Shown here: in pieces, positions 27,744 through 29,283 of the stretch
How the letters are laid out: the number at the start of each line of letters is the position of its first letter
Numbering within the stretch: position 1 is the first letter of the stretch
NCBI GenBank assembly: GCA_040220235.1
Contig: JAVJTO010000140.1
DNA: 29,283 bases
Direction: 5' to 3' (one strand)
Source: Coleofasciculus sp. B1-GNL1-01
Lineage (GTDB): Bacteria; Cyanobacteriota; Cyanobacteriia; Cyanobacteriales; Coleofasciculaceae
Program-made: the position numbers and the translations under genes
Notes under the pieces: generated by a model
Told to the model about the DNA's origin: nothing
What the model saw: the letters and a program-made list of their open reading frames with translations, nothing else
Databases searched by the model: none

Positions 27744-28238
27744 TTAGACTTCGTAAGTCGCCTTTCCGCTGAACTTGAGGGTAACAGGTTCGGGGTTCTT
27801 ACCGATCTTGCGGTCAATCTTACCGACAAAGGGACGCCCTTCGTTGACTTTCTCGGGGAAGACTCCATCTGCGGGGTGCAGATACTGGATTTCACCACTG
27901 GGATAAATCCGGTAGATCTTGTAGTCTTCAATCTTGGGTTTATATTGCGTCCGCAACTGGGTTCCCAACGCCAGACACTGCTCCTTACGAGCCAGATACA
28001 GCAGGTTTTCCCCTTCATTCATGATCGCTGCACCACCCGTGGGCATTTCAAAGACTTGCTTTTTAGAGCTAGTCCAAGTGATCGCATATTTTTCTTCAAC
28101 TTGGGCTTTCGTCAGCAAGCCACCGGTGCTACCGCCAAAGAGGGGAGGTTTGCCAGATAGAGTAGGCTGTCCTGCTGCAGCGGGAGCCTCAGGAGGCTGT
28201 TCCTGTTCATGTTCCTGCATGTTTTCTTCTTCTGCCAT
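27744..28238 (-). CDS. psaD: Photosystem I reaction centre subunit II
   Basis: [37 protein letters not shown] and [20 protein letters not shown] at 28238. Confidence 0.98.
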   Translation of the reverse strand: MAEEENMQEHEQEQPPEAPAAAGQPTLSGKPPLFGGSTGGLLTKAQVEEKYAITWTSSKKQVFEMPTGGAAIMNEGENLLYLARKEQCLALGTQLRTQYKPKIEDYKIYRIYPSGEIQYLHPADGVFPEKVNEGRPFVGKIDRKIGKNPEPVTLKFSGKATYEV

Positions 28239-28283
28239 AACTGTCTCTCTCAATCGTGTATAAGAAAATAGGGCATTTAGGGA

Positions 28284-28347
28284 ATGCTATCATTCCGTTC
28301 CGCTTTATTTTGTCACTTTGTCAAGAACTGTTACAGTTAGTTATAAA
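28284..28347 (-). promoter_or_regulatory. Putative psaD promoter: extended -10 plus upstream HLR1 (RpaB) site
   Basis: Minus-strand TGaTAGCAT at 28292-28284; GTTACAGT-TA-GTTATAAA at 28330-28347, about -53 to -70 from the inferred TSS. Confidence 0.55.
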
Positions 28348-28377
28348 TTCTTTGTCATAAGTCTTGAGTAATTGGCG

Positions 28378-29058
28378 ATGAAAACCAGTTCCCACAGGGA
28401 ATCCAGCGAATTTGAGCAATCTGAGAACACTTCTGGGTTAACCTCAGAACAGTACCGCCAGAAAATGCAGCGACGCAAGCAGGTTCAGGAACAACGTCTG
28501 GCGCAAGCGTCAAGGGAGAAAGGGTTAATTATTGTAAACACGGGGAATGGCAAGGGGAAGACAACAGCCGCCCTAGGGATGGTTTTGCGATCGCTCGGTC
28601 ATGGGTATCGGGTGGCGATCGTCCAGTTCATCAAGGGCGCCTGGGAACCCGCAGAGAAGGCGGCGTTTGCGCCGTGGACAGTCGCCGCCAATGGGGAGAT
28701 ACCTCAGTTGGAATTTCATGCGATGGGTGAGGGGTTTACCTGGGAAACACAAGATCGGGAACGAGATATCAGCAAAGCCGAAGCCGCCTGGGAAAAGGCG
28801 CTGGAGTTTATCCGCAACCCAGAGTTTCGCTTAGTGCTATTGGATGAAGTGAATGTGGCGTTAAAACTGGGATATTTAAATGTTGAGCAAGTATTGGCAG
28901 GGTTAGCAGAAAAGCCCGCCATGTCTCACGTTATTTTAACCGGACGAGGCGCACCGAAACCATTAATTGAACAGGCAGATTTAGTCACCGAAATGACACT
29001 GGTGAAGCATCCGCTGCGGGAGCAAAATGTTAAGGCGCAACCCGGTATTGAATTTTGA
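28378..29058 (+). CDS. cobO: Cob(I)yrinic acid a,c-diamide adenosyltransferase (CobO/BtuR)
   Basis: GLIIVNTGNGKGKTTAALG, VQFIKG, GEGFTW, LLDEVN, ILTGR, ADLVTEM---KHP and GIEF motifs. Confidence 0.95.
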   Translation: MKTSSHRESSEFEQSENTSGLTSEQYRQKMQRRKQVQEQRLAQASREKGLIIVNTGNGKGKTTAALGMVLRSLGHGYRVAIVQFIKGAWEPAEKAAFAPWTVAANGEIPQLEFHAMGEGFTWETQDRERDISKAEAAWEKALEFIRNPEFRLVLLDEVNVALKLGYLNVEQVLAGLAEKPAMSHVILTGRGAPKPLIEQADLVTEMTLVKHPLREQNVKAQPGIEF

Positions 29059-29107
29059 TGGATTACACCTTACGCCCGATTTAACGGTAACAATCTCGCC
29101 CCCAATA

Positions 29108-29138
29108 GTAGGGTGCGTTACGCTACGCTAACGCACCT
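29108..29138 (+). repeat. GTAG-REP hairpin
   Basis: GTAG-GGTGCGTTA-CGCTACGC-TAACGCACC. Confidence 0.65.
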
Positions 29139-29145
29139 TTACTTA

Positions 29146-29283
29146 GGGCTTGCTGCATAAGCGTGTAAGGTAGACAAGATTTGGGTTTCCAGCCATTTTT
29201 CGACCCAACAAGTGCAAGGTTTTTACACTATAACCGTCTTGCATCCTGGAATTTTCGCCGACAACAGCACCAAATTTTACCTC
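29146..29283. mobile_element. Second MITE of the GGGCTTGCTGCA family, truncated by the window end
   Basis: Same left end as 25644 (GGGCTTGCTGCAnAAGC); shares internal GTGCAAGG and ATCCTGGnATTTT; preceded by TACTTA. Confidence 0.6.

Noticed and set aside
27711..28263. Overlapping ORFs on psaD (149, 93 and 109 aa)
   Set aside because: Antisense or alternate-frame shadows of a conserved gene, with no recognisable motifs.

Overview
Core-chromosome segment of a cyanobacterium. Evidence for this includes psaD, gun4, about 20 HIP1 GCGATCGC sites and STRR heptamer repeats; the repeat families suggest a filamentous Oscillatoriales/Coleofasciculus-like host, which is inference only. Housekeeping genes are a DUF1818 protein, tRNA-Pro(GGG), a DUF2555 protein, coaBC, a gamma-glutamylcyclotransferase, lptA-lptB-lptF/G, icd, gun4, a fructosamine kinase, trpE, psaD and cobO. 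Signalling genes are (i) a 1945-aa Ser/Thr kinase-AAA ATPase-GAF-PAS-His kinase followed by an Rcp1-like receiver and a REC-PAS protein, (ii) a LOV-PAS-cyanobacteriochrome GAF-His kinase, and (iii) a REC-LuxR regulator behind a long structured intergenic region. Intergenic spaces hold many GTAG-type REP/REPIN hairpins, nested mini-elements and a MITE family with a 6-bp target duplication. I found no CRISPR array, transposase, integrase or prophage gene. The best novelty leads are the dual-photosensor kinase, the icd-LuxR intergenic region (NtcA box, candidate sRNA, switch-like leader, small ORF), the kinase/Rcp1 cluster and the nested repeats. None of these is proven to be a new system from sequence alone.
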